The notes under the pieces: generated by a model
Seen by the model: only the letters and a program-made list of their open reading frames with translations
Database searches by the model: none
Told to the model about the DNA's origin: nothing
Assembly: GCA_963745025.1 (NCBI GenBank)
Contig: CAVUWD010000016.1
Span: 416,001-480,000, forward strand
Length of the DNA: 64,000 nucleotides
Direction: 5' to 3'
Source of the DNA: an uncultured delta proteobacterium
GTDB lineage: Bacteria > Desulfobacterota > Binatia > JACPRU01
Program-made: the position numbers and the translations under genes
In this document: positions 10,091 to 21,066 of the stretch, in pieces
Numbering within the stretch: the first letter of the stretch is position 1
Layout of the letters: each line of letters opens with the position of its first letter

Positions 10091-10747
10091 TCAGGTCGCT
10101 GTCGTGCGTGCCTGGCGCAGCGCCTCGTTCCGACCCCGCAGGAGGACCCAGATCGCCACCAGGCACACGCCCGTCACGAACGCCGCGAGCATCACGGTCG
10201 CCCCGCGCGGATAGCTCGACACGGTGAAGTTCGCGATCTGCTTCGTTCCGAAGATCGCGGGGGTGAACGGCTCGATTTTCATCGGCGCCCGCGGGTCGAG
10301 GGAGTGGCCGAGAACGTACATCCGGTAGATGAAGCGGCTGAACGAGAAGAGCGAGATGTACGTGCTCAGGACGGCGAGATCCACCAGGACGCGCACGTCG
10401 CCGATCGCGGCGCAGCGGAGCGTCAGCAGGATGAGGAGTCCGATCGCGAACGGCATCCAGCCGAGGTCGCTCAGCTGCTCGCGGTTGATCGGGGACATCC
10501 CGATATAGTGGTTGAGGGTGTTGATCTCCTGGATATGCTGGCCCTCGTTCCCGCCCTCGACCTTGTAGAGGTAGACGTCGAGGGTGAGGCCGTTCGGGTA
10601 TTGCGGCGCCTTCATCGAGATGTTCCAAAGCGGGAAGGCAAAGCTCAAGACCAGCGGCACGATCAGCGCAACCAGCACCGCGCGAGCCCGCATCTCGATG
10701 GGTCGAGAAAGAAACTCCCAAAATTTGTGAATCGGTTCCCTCATCAC
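10091..10747 (-). CDS. nosB: Clade II nos-cluster membrane protein (NosB-like)
   Basis: PLWNISMKAPQYPNGL...EINTLNHYIGM, GHSLDPRAP, KQIANF; four TM segments. Confidence 0.75.
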   Translation of the reverse strand: MMREPIHKFWEFLSRPIEMRARAVLVALIVPLVLSFAFPLWNISMKAPQYPNGLTLDVYLYKVEGGNEGQHIQEINTLNHYIGMSPINREQLSDLGWMPFAIGLLILLTLRCAAIGDVRVLVDLAVLSTYISLFSFSRFIYRMYVLGHSLDPRAPMKIEPFTPAIFGTKQIANFTVSSYPRGATVMLAAFVTGVCLVAIWVLLRGRNEALRQARTTAT

Positions 10748-10789
10748 TGACCTCCTTCGGAATCCTGGCGCGCAGCATCGCCGTGCGCG

Positions 10790-11629
10790 CTACACGAGAT
10801 CGTCGCGTCGGAAGCGCCGGAAGCCGGCGAGCCAGGCAAGCGTGCCCACCAGGAGCGGCCAGGCGACGCCGAGCGCAAACAGACGCCCGGGACCTAAACG
10901 GGTGGCAAGGAAGAACCCGACCGGCCCCAGCACCGACAGCTCCGGATCGGCCGACGATAGCAACGCCATGCGCGCCGCCTCGACCGGGTTGAGCGCCGCG
11001 AGCACGAAGACGCCCTCCGGACGGAGCCGCCATTGGAGCATCATGCCGACCAGGGCGAAGTCGAGGAGCGCGATGCTCGCCGCATACGTGAGCAATACGT
11101 AGGTCTGCGACCGCGTCTGCCTGCGCACGGCAGTCGAGATCAGGAGGCCGATGCCGACGAACGCCCACAAGAGCGCCGCACTCACCGCGACGGTGCGCGC
11201 GACGAAAGCCCACGGCAGCTGCTCGCCCAGCGCGAAGCGCGCGTAGAGCACGAGCGCCATCACCAGGGCCACGAGCGGGAGCAAGAGCACGAGGTAGCGT
11301 ACGAGGCTCACGGCGAGGTAGTAACCGGCGCGGGAGAACGGATGGCTGAAGAGCATCTCGAGCGCGCCGCTCTCGCGCGCCTGGATCACGACCTGCCCGG
11401 TGCCGGTCAGCGCAAGTAGCGGCAGGACCAAGAGCAGCGCGTGGCAGAACGAAGTGAGGACGCGCCCCATGCCGGTGAAACCGAGGATGCTCGACTCTCG
11501 CAGGCCGACCAGCATGAAGCTGCCGCCGAGAATGGCATAGAGCCCCCCGCAGAAGAGCAGCCAGCGCGAGCGCAAAACCTCCGCGAGCTCGAGCCGCGCA
11601 ACCGCCACGACGTCTCGGGTGAGAGCCAT
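10790..11629 (-). CDS. nosY: NosY ABC permease
   Basis: Multi-TM, RESGALEMLFSHPFSR, LNPVEAARM; nos context. Confidence 0.85.
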   Translation of the reverse strand: MALTRDVVAVARLELAEVLRSRWLLFCGGLYAILGGSFMLVGLRESSILGFTGMGRVLTSFCHALLLVLPLLALTGTGQVVIQARESGALEMLFSHPFSRAGYYLAVSLVRYLVLLLPLVALVMALVLYARFALGEQLPWAFVARTVAVSAALLWAFVGIGLLISTAVRRQTRSQTYVLLTYAASIALLDFALVGMMLQWRLRPEGVFVLAALNPVEAARMALLSSADPELSVLGPVGFFLATRLGPGRLFALGVAWPLLVGTLAWLAGFRRFRRDDLV

Positions 11630-11636
11630 CGCCACC

Positions 11637-12176
11637 TCAGCGTGCCGGATGCTCGCGCCGCCCGCCGTCCCCACGCCGATCGGCGAGGACGAGAGCACGG
11701 GCCGCCTGGACGGAAAGGGCGCCCGCCGTGCCCGCTTCCACGGCGCCGAGCCCCCATCCCATCGGCGAGGTCGCGACCGGCAGGAACCCGATGGCGGATT
11801 CCGGCAGCCAGCGGTCCTCGCGCAGATCGTGGAACCACGTCGCGTGCACGACCGTCGAGTGCGCCGCGACGTAGGTGAAGTAGCAGCCAGGGTCGTCGAA
11901 GAACATCACGTCGCCGTCGGCCGTATGCAGCTGGACGGCGAAGGCGGGCTCCCCGAGATGCATGGCGCAATGGGCGCAAGGTTGGCGGTCCCAGGCGACC
12001 GGCACGGGGCCCACCGGCGGCGTGCGCGCCCCGACGATTGCCCAGAGCGCGATGCCGACGAGCGCGAGCACGCCAGCGCCCGCGAGGATCGGCGCGCCCC
12101 GTACGCCTCCAAGGCGCGGGGTGTGCGATGCCGTCGCCACTCGTGGCGAGGCGCCCCACGTGGCCTCAGCGTGCAC
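11637..12176 (-). CDS. nosL: NosL-like copper chaperone
   Basis: CAHCAM, FFDDPGC, SPMGWGL; N-terminal TM anchor. Confidence 0.8.
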   Translation of the reverse strand: MHAEATWGASPRVATASHTPRLGGVRGAPILAGAGVLALVGIALWAIVGARTPPVGPVPVAWDRQPCAHCAMHLGEPAFAVQLHTADGDVMFFDDPGCYFTYVAAHSTVVHATWFHDLREDRWLPESAIGFLPVATSPMGWGLGAVEAGTAGALSVQAARALVLADRRGDGGRREHPAR

Positions 12177-13062
12177 CTACGCCCCCGGTCGTCCAGTCGT
12201 CGCCTTTCACCGTTTCGACGTCGCGCACCAGGAGATCGGTGAGGTCGCCCTGCAACTCGGCAACGAGACACAGTAGCTCCTCCGCCTTGTCGGCGCGCGC
12301 CACGGTCTTCGCCCACCAGTAGCCGGTACCCGGCGCGAAACCGTGCGCGCGCAGCCAGCGCGCTCGCGCGTCGGAAGTCGCGCGCACCTCGAGGACGCTC
12401 GTCGCGCAGCGCGCGAGGAAGGTGTCGAGCGGTCCGTCCCAGGCGACGTGGCCCTCGTCGAGGAGGATCACGTGGTCGATGAGATGCCGCAGCACCTCGA
12501 GACGGTGCGAGCAAAGCACCAGCGTCATCGGACGGAGCGCGCCGAAGACCGTATAGAAGCGGCGACGCGAAGCCGCATCGAGGCCCGCGGTGGGCTCGTC
12601 CATGATCACCAGAGAGGCCTCGGGCGCGGCCATCGCGAGCGCGATCATGAGCTTCTGCTTCATGCCACCCGAGAGACTGCGCAGCGGTCGGTCGCCGACC
12701 GCCTCGATGTCGAGGCCGAGCTCCCGCCCGCGGGCGGCGATCACCGAAGGGGCAATCCCCCGGACCGTGGCCACCGCGCGGACCAAGTCGCGCACACCTG
12801 CCGTGAGGGCCGGCGCGGCTTGGGGCACGTAGGCGAGCCGTTGCGCCAAGAAAACGCGGTCGACGAAGGGAGAGAGGCCGCCGATCTGGACCGTGCCCTC
12901 GGCGGCGAGCATTCCCATCATGATGCGCGTGAGCGTCGATTTCCCGGAGCCGTTCGGCCCGATGAGGCCCACGCGGCTCCCCTCGGAAATCGTGAGCGTG
13001 ACGTCGTCGAGCGCGGTGAAGTGCCCGAACCGCTTGGTGACGTGCGCGAGCTCGATCCTCAC
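12166..13062 (-). CDS. nosF: NosF ABC ATPase
   Basis: GPNGSGKS, LSGGMKQK, IMDEPT. Confidence 0.88.
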   Translation of the reverse strand: MRIELAHVTKRFGHFTALDDVTLTISEGSRVGLIGPNGSGKSTLTRIMMGMLAAEGTVQIGGLSPFVDRVFLAQRLAYVPQAAPALTAGVRDLVRAVATVRGIAPSVIAARGRELGLDIEAVGDRPLRSLSGGMKQKLMIALAMAAPEASLVIMDEPTAGLDAASRRRFYTVFGALRPMTLVLCSHRLEVLRHLIDHVILLDEGHVAWDGPLDTFLARCATSVLEVRATSDARARWLRAHGFAPGTGYWWAKTVARADKAEELLCLVAELQGDLTDLLVRDVETVKGDDWTTGGVGAR

Positions 13063-14402
13063 CGCACCGACCCGAGCGTGAGCGGCGCCATGCGCGGCGC
13101 CGGGTCGACGAGCAGGGTACGGGCCTGGAAGAGCGGCAAGATGAAGCTGATCGCTTCGACCAGGGCGAGCGTGGGAGTCCCGTGCAAGAACGCCAGCGAC
13201 GGGTACGTGCCGGTCAGGCGGTTGGTCAGGCTGCGAAGCTCGTACGGCACGTCGCCGAACCCATCGCGGTTCAAATCGTAGCCCACATAGTCGTCGAAGT
13301 CGTTGCCGCGCCAGACCATGTCGAGCGCGTCACCCCCGCCATCGACTCGCACTTGCTGAAAGTTGTCACGAAAGCTGTTGCCGGTGAAGACGTTCTCGTG
13401 CGGGCTCGAGTGGAACAGCACGCCGGTTTCGCCGAGGCGGACGACATTTCCCTCGAAGCGATTCGGCATCCCCGGCTCGAACGGCGAGGAGTCGACATAG
13501 ATGCCGACGGTGTTCTTAACGAGCACGTTGCCGGCGATGGTGAGCCCGCTGGACTCTTTGAGCCCGAGGCCAAATCCCGCCGCCCCAGCCGATTCGGCAA
13601 TCAGGTTGTCGCGTAGCTCGACCTGCCGCGAATACATCAGGAAGACGCCAACGACGTTTCCCACGTATCGGTTGCGGGCGACCATGTTCTGGTGACTGTA
13701 CATGAAGTGCGTGCCGTAGCGGCTGCCCGTGACGACGTTGTCGACGATGCGGTTGCCTGAGGAGTACCAGACGACGACGTCGCGCCCGTCGACGACCGCG
13801 TTGCCTTCGACCGTCGAGTCGTGGACCTCCCACAGGCGGAGCGCGTCACCTCGCAAGCCGAGCATCGCCTGGCGGCGGCCAACAATCCGGTTGCCGCGAA
13901 TGACGACCGCACGCGCCTGCTCGACGGTGATGCCGAAGACGGCGTCGCGCAACAGCACGCCCTCGACGCGGACGCGGTCGGCGGCGACGAGGATCCCGGC
14001 GTCCTGTTTGTCATAGCGGGAGCCGCTGCCGGCGACGCTGAGACCAAGAAGGGCAGCGCCCGCGCCGGCAATCCGGATGGTCGTACCTTGACCGTCGCTC
14101 TGCACGACCGCATCGCGCGGCCCCCAGAGCGTGACGCTACGGGCGATCGTGATCGGGCCACCGTACGTTCCCGGCGCAAGGCAGAGGGTATCGCCGTCAG
14201 AGGCGGCGTCGAGCGCGGCCTGGAGACTGGCCCCGGAGGCAACCGCACGACAGGGCTCGGGACGGGGGGGCTGCACGTCCGGAACGGAGGCGAGAAGGGC
14301 GGCGGTCTTGGATCCCGCGTCGTGTGGATCCGCAACCGCCGCGATCAGGCCTCCGCCCGCGTCGGCGCGAGAGGCCCCAACCCCGCCCGCGGCGACGAGC
14401 AT
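13059..14402 (-). CDS. nosD: NosD maturation protein (possible CTG start at 14444)
   Basis: Beta-helix repeats, RGDALRLW, SRYGTHFMYS, FLMYS, GYDLNRDGFGDVPY. Confidence 0.92.
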   Translation of the reverse strand: MLVAAGGVGASRADAGGGLIAAVADPHDAGSKTAALLASVPDVQPPRPEPCRAVASGASLQAALDAASDGDTLCLAPGTYGGPITIARSVTLWGPRDAVVQSDGQGTTIRIAGAGAALLGLSVAGSGSRYDKQDAGILVAADRVRVEGVLLRDAVFGITVEQARAVVIRGNRIVGRRQAMLGLRGDALRLWEVHDSTVEGNAVVDGRDVVVWYSSGNRIVDNVVTGSRYGTHFMYSHQNMVARNRYVGNVVGVFLMYSRQVELRDNLIAESAGAAGFGLGLKESSGLTIAGNVLVKNTVGIYVDSSPFEPGMPNRFEGNVVRLGETGVLFHSSPHENVFTGNSFRDNFQQVRVDGGGDALDMVWRGNDFDDYVGYDLNRDGFGDVPYELRSLTNRLTGTYPSLAFLHGTPTLALVEAISFILPLFQARTLLVDPAPRMAPLTLGSVR

Positions 14403-14440
14403 CGCGCCCGCGAGGGCGGCCGCGACCGCCCGCGCTGCGC

Positions 14441-16453
<2,013 letters not shown>

Positions 16454-16487
16454 GGGATCTCCCTCCTTGGGGGATTCGCCCCCGCCG

Positions 16488-16910
16488 CTATTGCGCGCCA
16501 CCGAGCTTGCGCACCACCTTGCGAAGTCCTTTGACGACGTCGGGCTTGGCGATCAGATCGGGGTTGTTCGGCATCATCGGGCTCTTTGCAACGGCGGCAC
16601 CCCCGTACTGGATGATCTTCTCGATGTGCTCGTCGTTGACGCTCTTCTGCCATTCAGAGTCGGTAAAATTGCGGGGCTTCGGGTTCAACACCGCCGAACC
16701 TGGGCCATCGCCCTTCCCCGACGTCCCGTGACAGACGCTGCACCGCGTATTGAAGATTTCCTGCGCCTCTTTCATCGCCTCCTCGGGCACGGCATCTTGC
16801 TTCTCGTCGGCCACGGCGACCGATGTCACAGCGCCGAAGACGGCCGCCGCGGCCAGTGCGACGAGCACGCGGTGCTTGAAGTCGTTCGTGGTCAGACTAG
16901 TTCTCATCAC
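16488..16910 (-). CDS. Monoheme cytochrome c, likely electron donor to NosZ
   Basis: Signal peptide, CSVCH, KPRNFTD, SPMMP; first gene of nos operon. Confidence 0.9.
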   Translation of the reverse strand: MMRTSLTTNDFKHRVLVALAAAAVFGAVTSVAVADEKQDAVPEEAMKEAQEIFNTRCSVCHGTSGKGDGPGSAVLNPKPRNFTDSEWQKSVNDEHIEKIIQYGGAAVAKSPMMPNNPDLIAKPDVVKGLRKVVRKLGGAQ

Positions 16911-16971
16911 GGCCGTCTCCTATCGCTTATCAGCGCAATTGCAAGGTATGCTCATCGAGTTTTCGCCGGGG

Positions 16972-16986
16972 GCAAACACCGTGCCA
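16972..16986 (-). promoter_or_regulatory. Sigma54 -24/-12 promoter of nos operon
   Basis: Minus strand TGGCAC-GGTGT-TTGC, exact TGGCAC-N5-TTGC match, ~60 bp before cyt c start. Confidence 0.75.
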
Positions 16987-17016
16987 CTGAAGATATGGAA
17001 CAGATTTCCCAACGCC

Positions 17017-17059
17017 CGAAAATTTACCGGGGCTCTTTTCCCATACCCGGGAATTTTCG
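17017..17059. promoter_or_regulatory. Imperfect inverted repeat in nos divergent promoter region (candidate regulator site)
   Basis: CGAAAATTTACCGGG ... CCCGGGAATTTTCG. Confidence 0.4.
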
Positions 17060-17140
17060 CGCGGCACAACTCCAAAAAATCGGAAACGGGTCGCGACCGC
17101 TGCGCGCGGGTCGGATGGAGCTCCTGCCGGGTATCAGCTC

Positions 17141-18424
17141 GTGAGCACCGCGGTGCGTCTCCGGTTGAGTAACCCGCGAGTCGTCGTCGCCCGGTTGCCG
17201 ATCCATTTTCTGGTAGTCGCCGTTGCTTTCTTCTCGCTGGGCGCGACGGCGCTCCCGTGGGTCGTCCGCGACCTGACCCGATCCTTCTACCAGCCGACGG
17301 TCCTGGCATTGGTTCATACCTTTACCCTCGGCTGGATCACCGGATCGATCATGGGGGTGATGACTCGCTACGTTCCGTCGCTCACCAAGCGGAATTTGCC
17401 GTTCCCGCGGCTGGCACAGACTCAGTTCGTCCTCTTCGTGATCGGCGCCGGGGGCCTCGTTGCTCACTTTTTTCTCGGGCGCTGGGGAGATACTGCGCTC
17501 GCAGCGGCGACGATGACGGCGAGCATCGTGCTTTTCGCGGTGAACATGACCGCGTGCTTGCTCCCCGTGTGGCATCGCGGCGCGACGGAGACTGGCTTGC
17601 TACTGTCCCTCGGGTTTCTATTTCTGAGCGCGGGCTTCGGCCTGCTGCTCGCGCTCGACAAGACCTTCGGCTTCCTTGGCGGCAGTCTGCTCGGAAACCT
17701 CGCCGCTCACGTGCACCTCGCGGCGCTCGGCTGGGCGGGCCTGACGATCTGCGCGGTTTCGTATCGCTTAGTGCCGGCGTTTTTATTGCCGGCGTCAACC
17801 ATCTCGCCCCTGTTTGCGCGCGGCCAAGTCTACGCTCTCGCGGCGTCCATCGCGCTCTTGAGTCTCTCTCTCCTGGGCAGGATCGGCGGCGTACGGCTGT
17901 GGAGCCTCTTGGTCGCCGCTTCATTGCTTTCTCACACATGGATTCTGTCGCGCGTATTCCGTCGCCGTCGGATGCCGATTGATTGGGCAATGCGCCACGC
18001 GGCGGCAGGCATCGGCTGCTTGATGTTTGCCATGAGTCTCGGACTCGCGCTCGCCTGGGTCGGCGCGGGGACCGGGGTCCTGAACCGCGTCGCTGGAGCC
18101 TATGGAGCCGTGGGCCTACTCGGCTGGATGACGAACTTCATCGTGGGCATGTCCTACCACCTGCTGCCGGGATTCGTGGTCGGAGCGAGATCCGCCGCCG
18201 GACTTCCCCTGCTTTCCGTGGCCGAGTTGTCTCCGCCACGCGCGCGGGCCTTCGTCTTTTTCTCCTTGAACCTCGGATTGCTCGTGCTCGCCGCCGGGTT
18301 GCTGGCGGGGGAGGCGTGGATCGCGTCGGCTGCGGCGACAGTGTTCGCAATCGGCGGTCTCCGCTACGCGCTCGCTTCGGCGCAGACACTGTCCTTTGCG
18401 TGGCGCCGCCGGTCCCCAAGTTAG
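17141..18424 (+). CDS. Polytopic membrane protein, NnrS-like/heme-copper-associated family
   Basis: About 12 TM helices with His motifs LVHTFTLGW, AHVHLAALGW, GMSYHLLP; divergent from nos operon. Confidence 0.6.
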   Translation: MSTAVRLRLSNPRVVVARLPIHFLVVAVAFFSLGATALPWVVRDLTRSFYQPTVLALVHTFTLGWITGSIMGVMTRYVPSLTKRNLPFPRLAQTQFVLFVIGAGGLVAHFFLGRWGDTALAAATMTASIVLFAVNMTACLLPVWHRGATETGLLLSLGFLFLSAGFGLLLALDKTFGFLGGSLLGNLAAHVHLAALGWAGLTICAVSYRLVPAFLLPASTISPLFARGQVYALAASIALLSLSLLGRIGGVRLWSLLVAASLLSHTWILSRVFRRRRMPIDWAMRHAAAGIGCLMFAMSLGLALAWVGAGTGVLNRVAGAYGAVGLLGWMTNFIVGMSYHLLPGFVVGARSAAGLPLLSVAELSPPRARAFVFFSLNLGLLVLAAGLLAGEAWIASAAATVFAIGGLRYALASAQTLSFAWRRRSPS

Positions 18425-18741
18425 TCGGAGGCGTCGTTGCCGCTCTGTCCGCCTCGCGGCGAGCGCGTCGACCGGTCGCTAGCAGCGCAAGACGCGTTTC
18501 GCTTGGAACAGACATGATATGAAAGGCGCTGGCTCAAAGGGCTACGCTGACTCCTTTCGACGCAGGTTTATTCTATCTCGCGACGTGGTGGCTCCGGTGA
18601 GTCTATCACCGAACACGTCGTCAATTCTCGGAGATGAGGTCGAATCGATCGCGCCGTGCGAGAACGGCGCGATCGCGCTTCTTGGCATCGTGATTGCTTG
18701 CTTCTTGCGGAGAGAGCCGATCGTCACGAAGGAGAATCGCG

Positions 18742-19209
18742 ATGGCAAAGCAAGCAGCCGTCGGCATCAACGAGATGGTCTTCACGGTGTTGAGAACGCT
18801 TCTGCTCGATCTTCCCCTCGTCACGGCCAAGCGCGGGCTCGGGATGGCCGAGAAGCGGGCGGTCGCGGACACGGCGTGGAAAGGCTACGACGCATCGATT
18901 CGGCTCGGCAGCGCCTCCATCGATCGGCTCTACGGAAACCACTTGCTCGGCGGTCTGTTCGCTCGCTCCGTTCACGGGCTCTTGCTCTGGCAGAGGCTGA
19001 ACAGCGCCGTGATGGGGGCATTCTTCACCGGTTTATGGCGCGCGACGGATCTTCCTACGGCCACTGAAGTGAATGCCGTTCGCGAGGAGCTGCGTGCGCT
19101 CGCAGCCAGCCTCAACGCCCAGGGCAAAAAGATCGAGGCACTGATCGATCGGCCGGTGGCGTCCAAAGCCTCGCACGCCGCGAAGGTCGCCCGCTCGATC
19201 GCCGCGTGA
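18742..19209 (+). CDS. phaE: PHA synthase small subunit (PhaE/PhaR-like)
   Basis: LWRATDLPTATEV followed by coiled coil; GGAG RBS; directly upstream of phaC. Confidence 0.6.
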   Translation: MAKQAAVGINEMVFTVLRTLLLDLPLVTAKRGLGMAEKRAVADTAWKGYDASIRLGSASIDRLYGNHLLGGLFARSVHGLLLWQRLNSAVMGAFFTGLWRATDLPTATEVNAVREELRALAASLNAQGKKIEALIDRPVASKASHAAKVARSIAA

Positions 19210-19230
19210 GGGGACGAAACGGAGGTTGCA

Positions 19231-20310
19231 ATGCTATCCCTGGTTGGTCATCTCGTCCGGTCCTGGACCGATGGAGCGATCCGCGAGCTCGAAGGCTTCC
19301 GGCGCGGCCTGAGCGAGCCCTTTCCGCTACGCGAGGATCCGCCTTCGGTGACTCCGTATGAAGTGGTCTACGAGGCGGGAAAGATTCGGCTGCGTCACTA
19401 CCGAGCGGTCGGGACTCCGCAGCCGATGCCTCTCGTATTGGTTTATGCCCTCGTCAAGCGGCCGTACATCCTCGACCTGGAGCCCGGACGAAGTGTCGTC
19501 GAGAACCTCACGCGACAGGGATTCGAGGTCTATCTCACGGACTGGATCCCACCCACTCGCGCGGACACCTCGCGCGGGTTCGACGCCTACGTGAACGATG
19601 ACCTCGCCAAGGCGGTCCGCGTCGTTCAGATCCGAGAAGACGTCAAGGAAGTCGCCGTTCTCGGCTATTGCTTCGGCGGTCTTCTGGCGACCATTTACAC
19701 CGCGCTCCACCCCGAGACGGTGAAGAACCTCCTCACCCTCACCCTCCCGTTCGACATGAGCGTTCGCGACGGAGTCCCGGCCTTCGCTCTGATGGGCCAA
19801 CTCGGGCCGGACGCGATCGACCTCGTCGCCGACACCTACGGCAACTGCCCTGCATGGCTCATGCGGGCGGGCTTCACCTCCATGGCGCCGCTTCACCATG
19901 CCTTGAACAAGTACGTCGACCTCTACAGAGGCATGGATCGGCCGGGCTACGCGGAGACGTTCGCCCTCTTCGAGAGGTGGATGAGCGACGACGTGCCGTT
20001 GGCCGGTCGCATCTTCCGCGAGATGGCGACGGAGATCTTTGGCCGAAATCGCCTGTGCAGGAACGCTCTCGAGGTCGGCGGCCGGAAAGTGGACGTCGCA
20101 TCGATCGCCTGCCCGGTCCTCAACATCATCGGCCAATACGACGACGTCGTGCCTCCCGCGTCGAGCCGTCCGTTCATCGACGCCGTCGGCAGCCGCGACA
20201 AGCAAAATCTCGAGTTTCCGAACGGCCACATGGGTCTCGCCGTGAGCGGCGCGGCGCAGGCCAAGCTCTGGCCGGAGGTCGGGGCCTGGCTGAAGCAGCG
20301 AGCGTCCTAG
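19231..20310 (+). CDS. phaC: Class III/IV-type PHA synthase
   Basis: VYALVKRPYILDL, lipase box GYCFGG, YDDVVPP, GHMG; 359 aa. Confidence 0.9.
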   Translation: MLSLVGHLVRSWTDGAIRELEGFRRGLSEPFPLREDPPSVTPYEVVYEAGKIRLRHYRAVGTPQPMPLVLVYALVKRPYILDLEPGRSVVENLTRQGFEVYLTDWIPPTRADTSRGFDAYVNDDLAKAVRVVQIREDVKEVAVLGYCFGGLLATIYTALHPETVKNLLTLTLPFDMSVRDGVPAFALMGQLGPDAIDLVADTYGNCPAWLMRAGFTSMAPLHHALNKYVDLYRGMDRPGYAETFALFERWMSDDVPLAGRIFREMATEIFGRNRLCRNALEVGGRKVDVASIACPVLNIIGQYDDVVPPASSRPFIDAVGSRDKQNLEFPNGHMGLAVSGAAQAKLWPEVGAWLKQRAS

Positions 20311-20541
20311 TTTCGACCTCCAGACTCGGAGGTCGCCACGACGTTTCTAGCCCTTTGCCGATGCGGGTGTTTTGCGTCGGTCAGAAGATGATTGCTGTGT
20401 TGCCTCGTTCCTGCTTCTCTGGCGCGGATCCTCCGCGAGCAGCAACGAAGTAGACGCGCTGCGTGACGGCAACGCTCGCCAGGTTCGCCCCGACATGGTA
20501 GGGTCCGCCGTTTGGGAGCCGATTTGTCAAATCTGACTCTT

Positions 20542-20627
<86 letters not shown>

Positions 20628-20633
20628 TGAAGA

Positions 20634-20707
20634 GGCTTTCGGCTCTGGGCGATCGGCGGTCGGCAGCGCAAAGTCGTCCGCCGAGAGCTGACAGCCCAGA
20701 GCCGGAC
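20634..20707. repeat. Heptamer-unit hairpin, copy A
   Basis: GGCTTTC GGCTCTG GGCGATC GGCGGTC ... GCCGAGA GCTGACA GCCCAGA GCC. Confidence 0.7.
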
Positions 20708-20752
20708 CCTTTACCTCTTCGTAGCAACGCATATAAGTGTCACCGGAACTAA

Positions 20753-20838
<86 letters not shown>

Positions 20839-20845
20839 TGGAAGA

Positions 20846-20921
20846 GGCTATCGGCTCTCGGCCGTCGGCGATCGGCGCCGTGGAGTCTTTAGCCGATGGG
20901 CGAGAGCTGATAGCGGAGAGC
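20846..20921. repeat. Heptamer-unit hairpin, copy B
   Basis: GGCTATC GGCTCTC GGCCGTC GGCGATC ...GAGTCTTT... GCCGATG GGCGAGA GCTGATA GCGGAGA. Confidence 0.7.
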
Positions 20922-20924
20922 ACA

Positions 20925-21052
20925 GAGGCCCGTGAGTGATAGCTAGGTCCTACGCAAGAGGAGGCCGCGAAACCCGCCAGGTCCGGAAGGAAGCAACGGT
21001 ACCGGCAATCCCTCTGTGCCGTAGGGCAACCTAGCTATCACTGGCGGGCTTC
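20925..21052 (+). ncRNA. ffs: Signal recognition particle RNA (small type)
   Basis: Core CAGGTCCGGAAGGAAGCAAC inside long hairpin (AGTGATAGCTAGG/CCTAGCTATCACT); typical position before dnaX. Ends approximate. Confidence 0.88.
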
Positions 21053-21066
21053 GTAGCATTCGCGCG

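Noticed and set aside
16910-17140. FNR/DNR box for the nos operon
   Set aside because: No TTGAT-N4-ATCAA match found.
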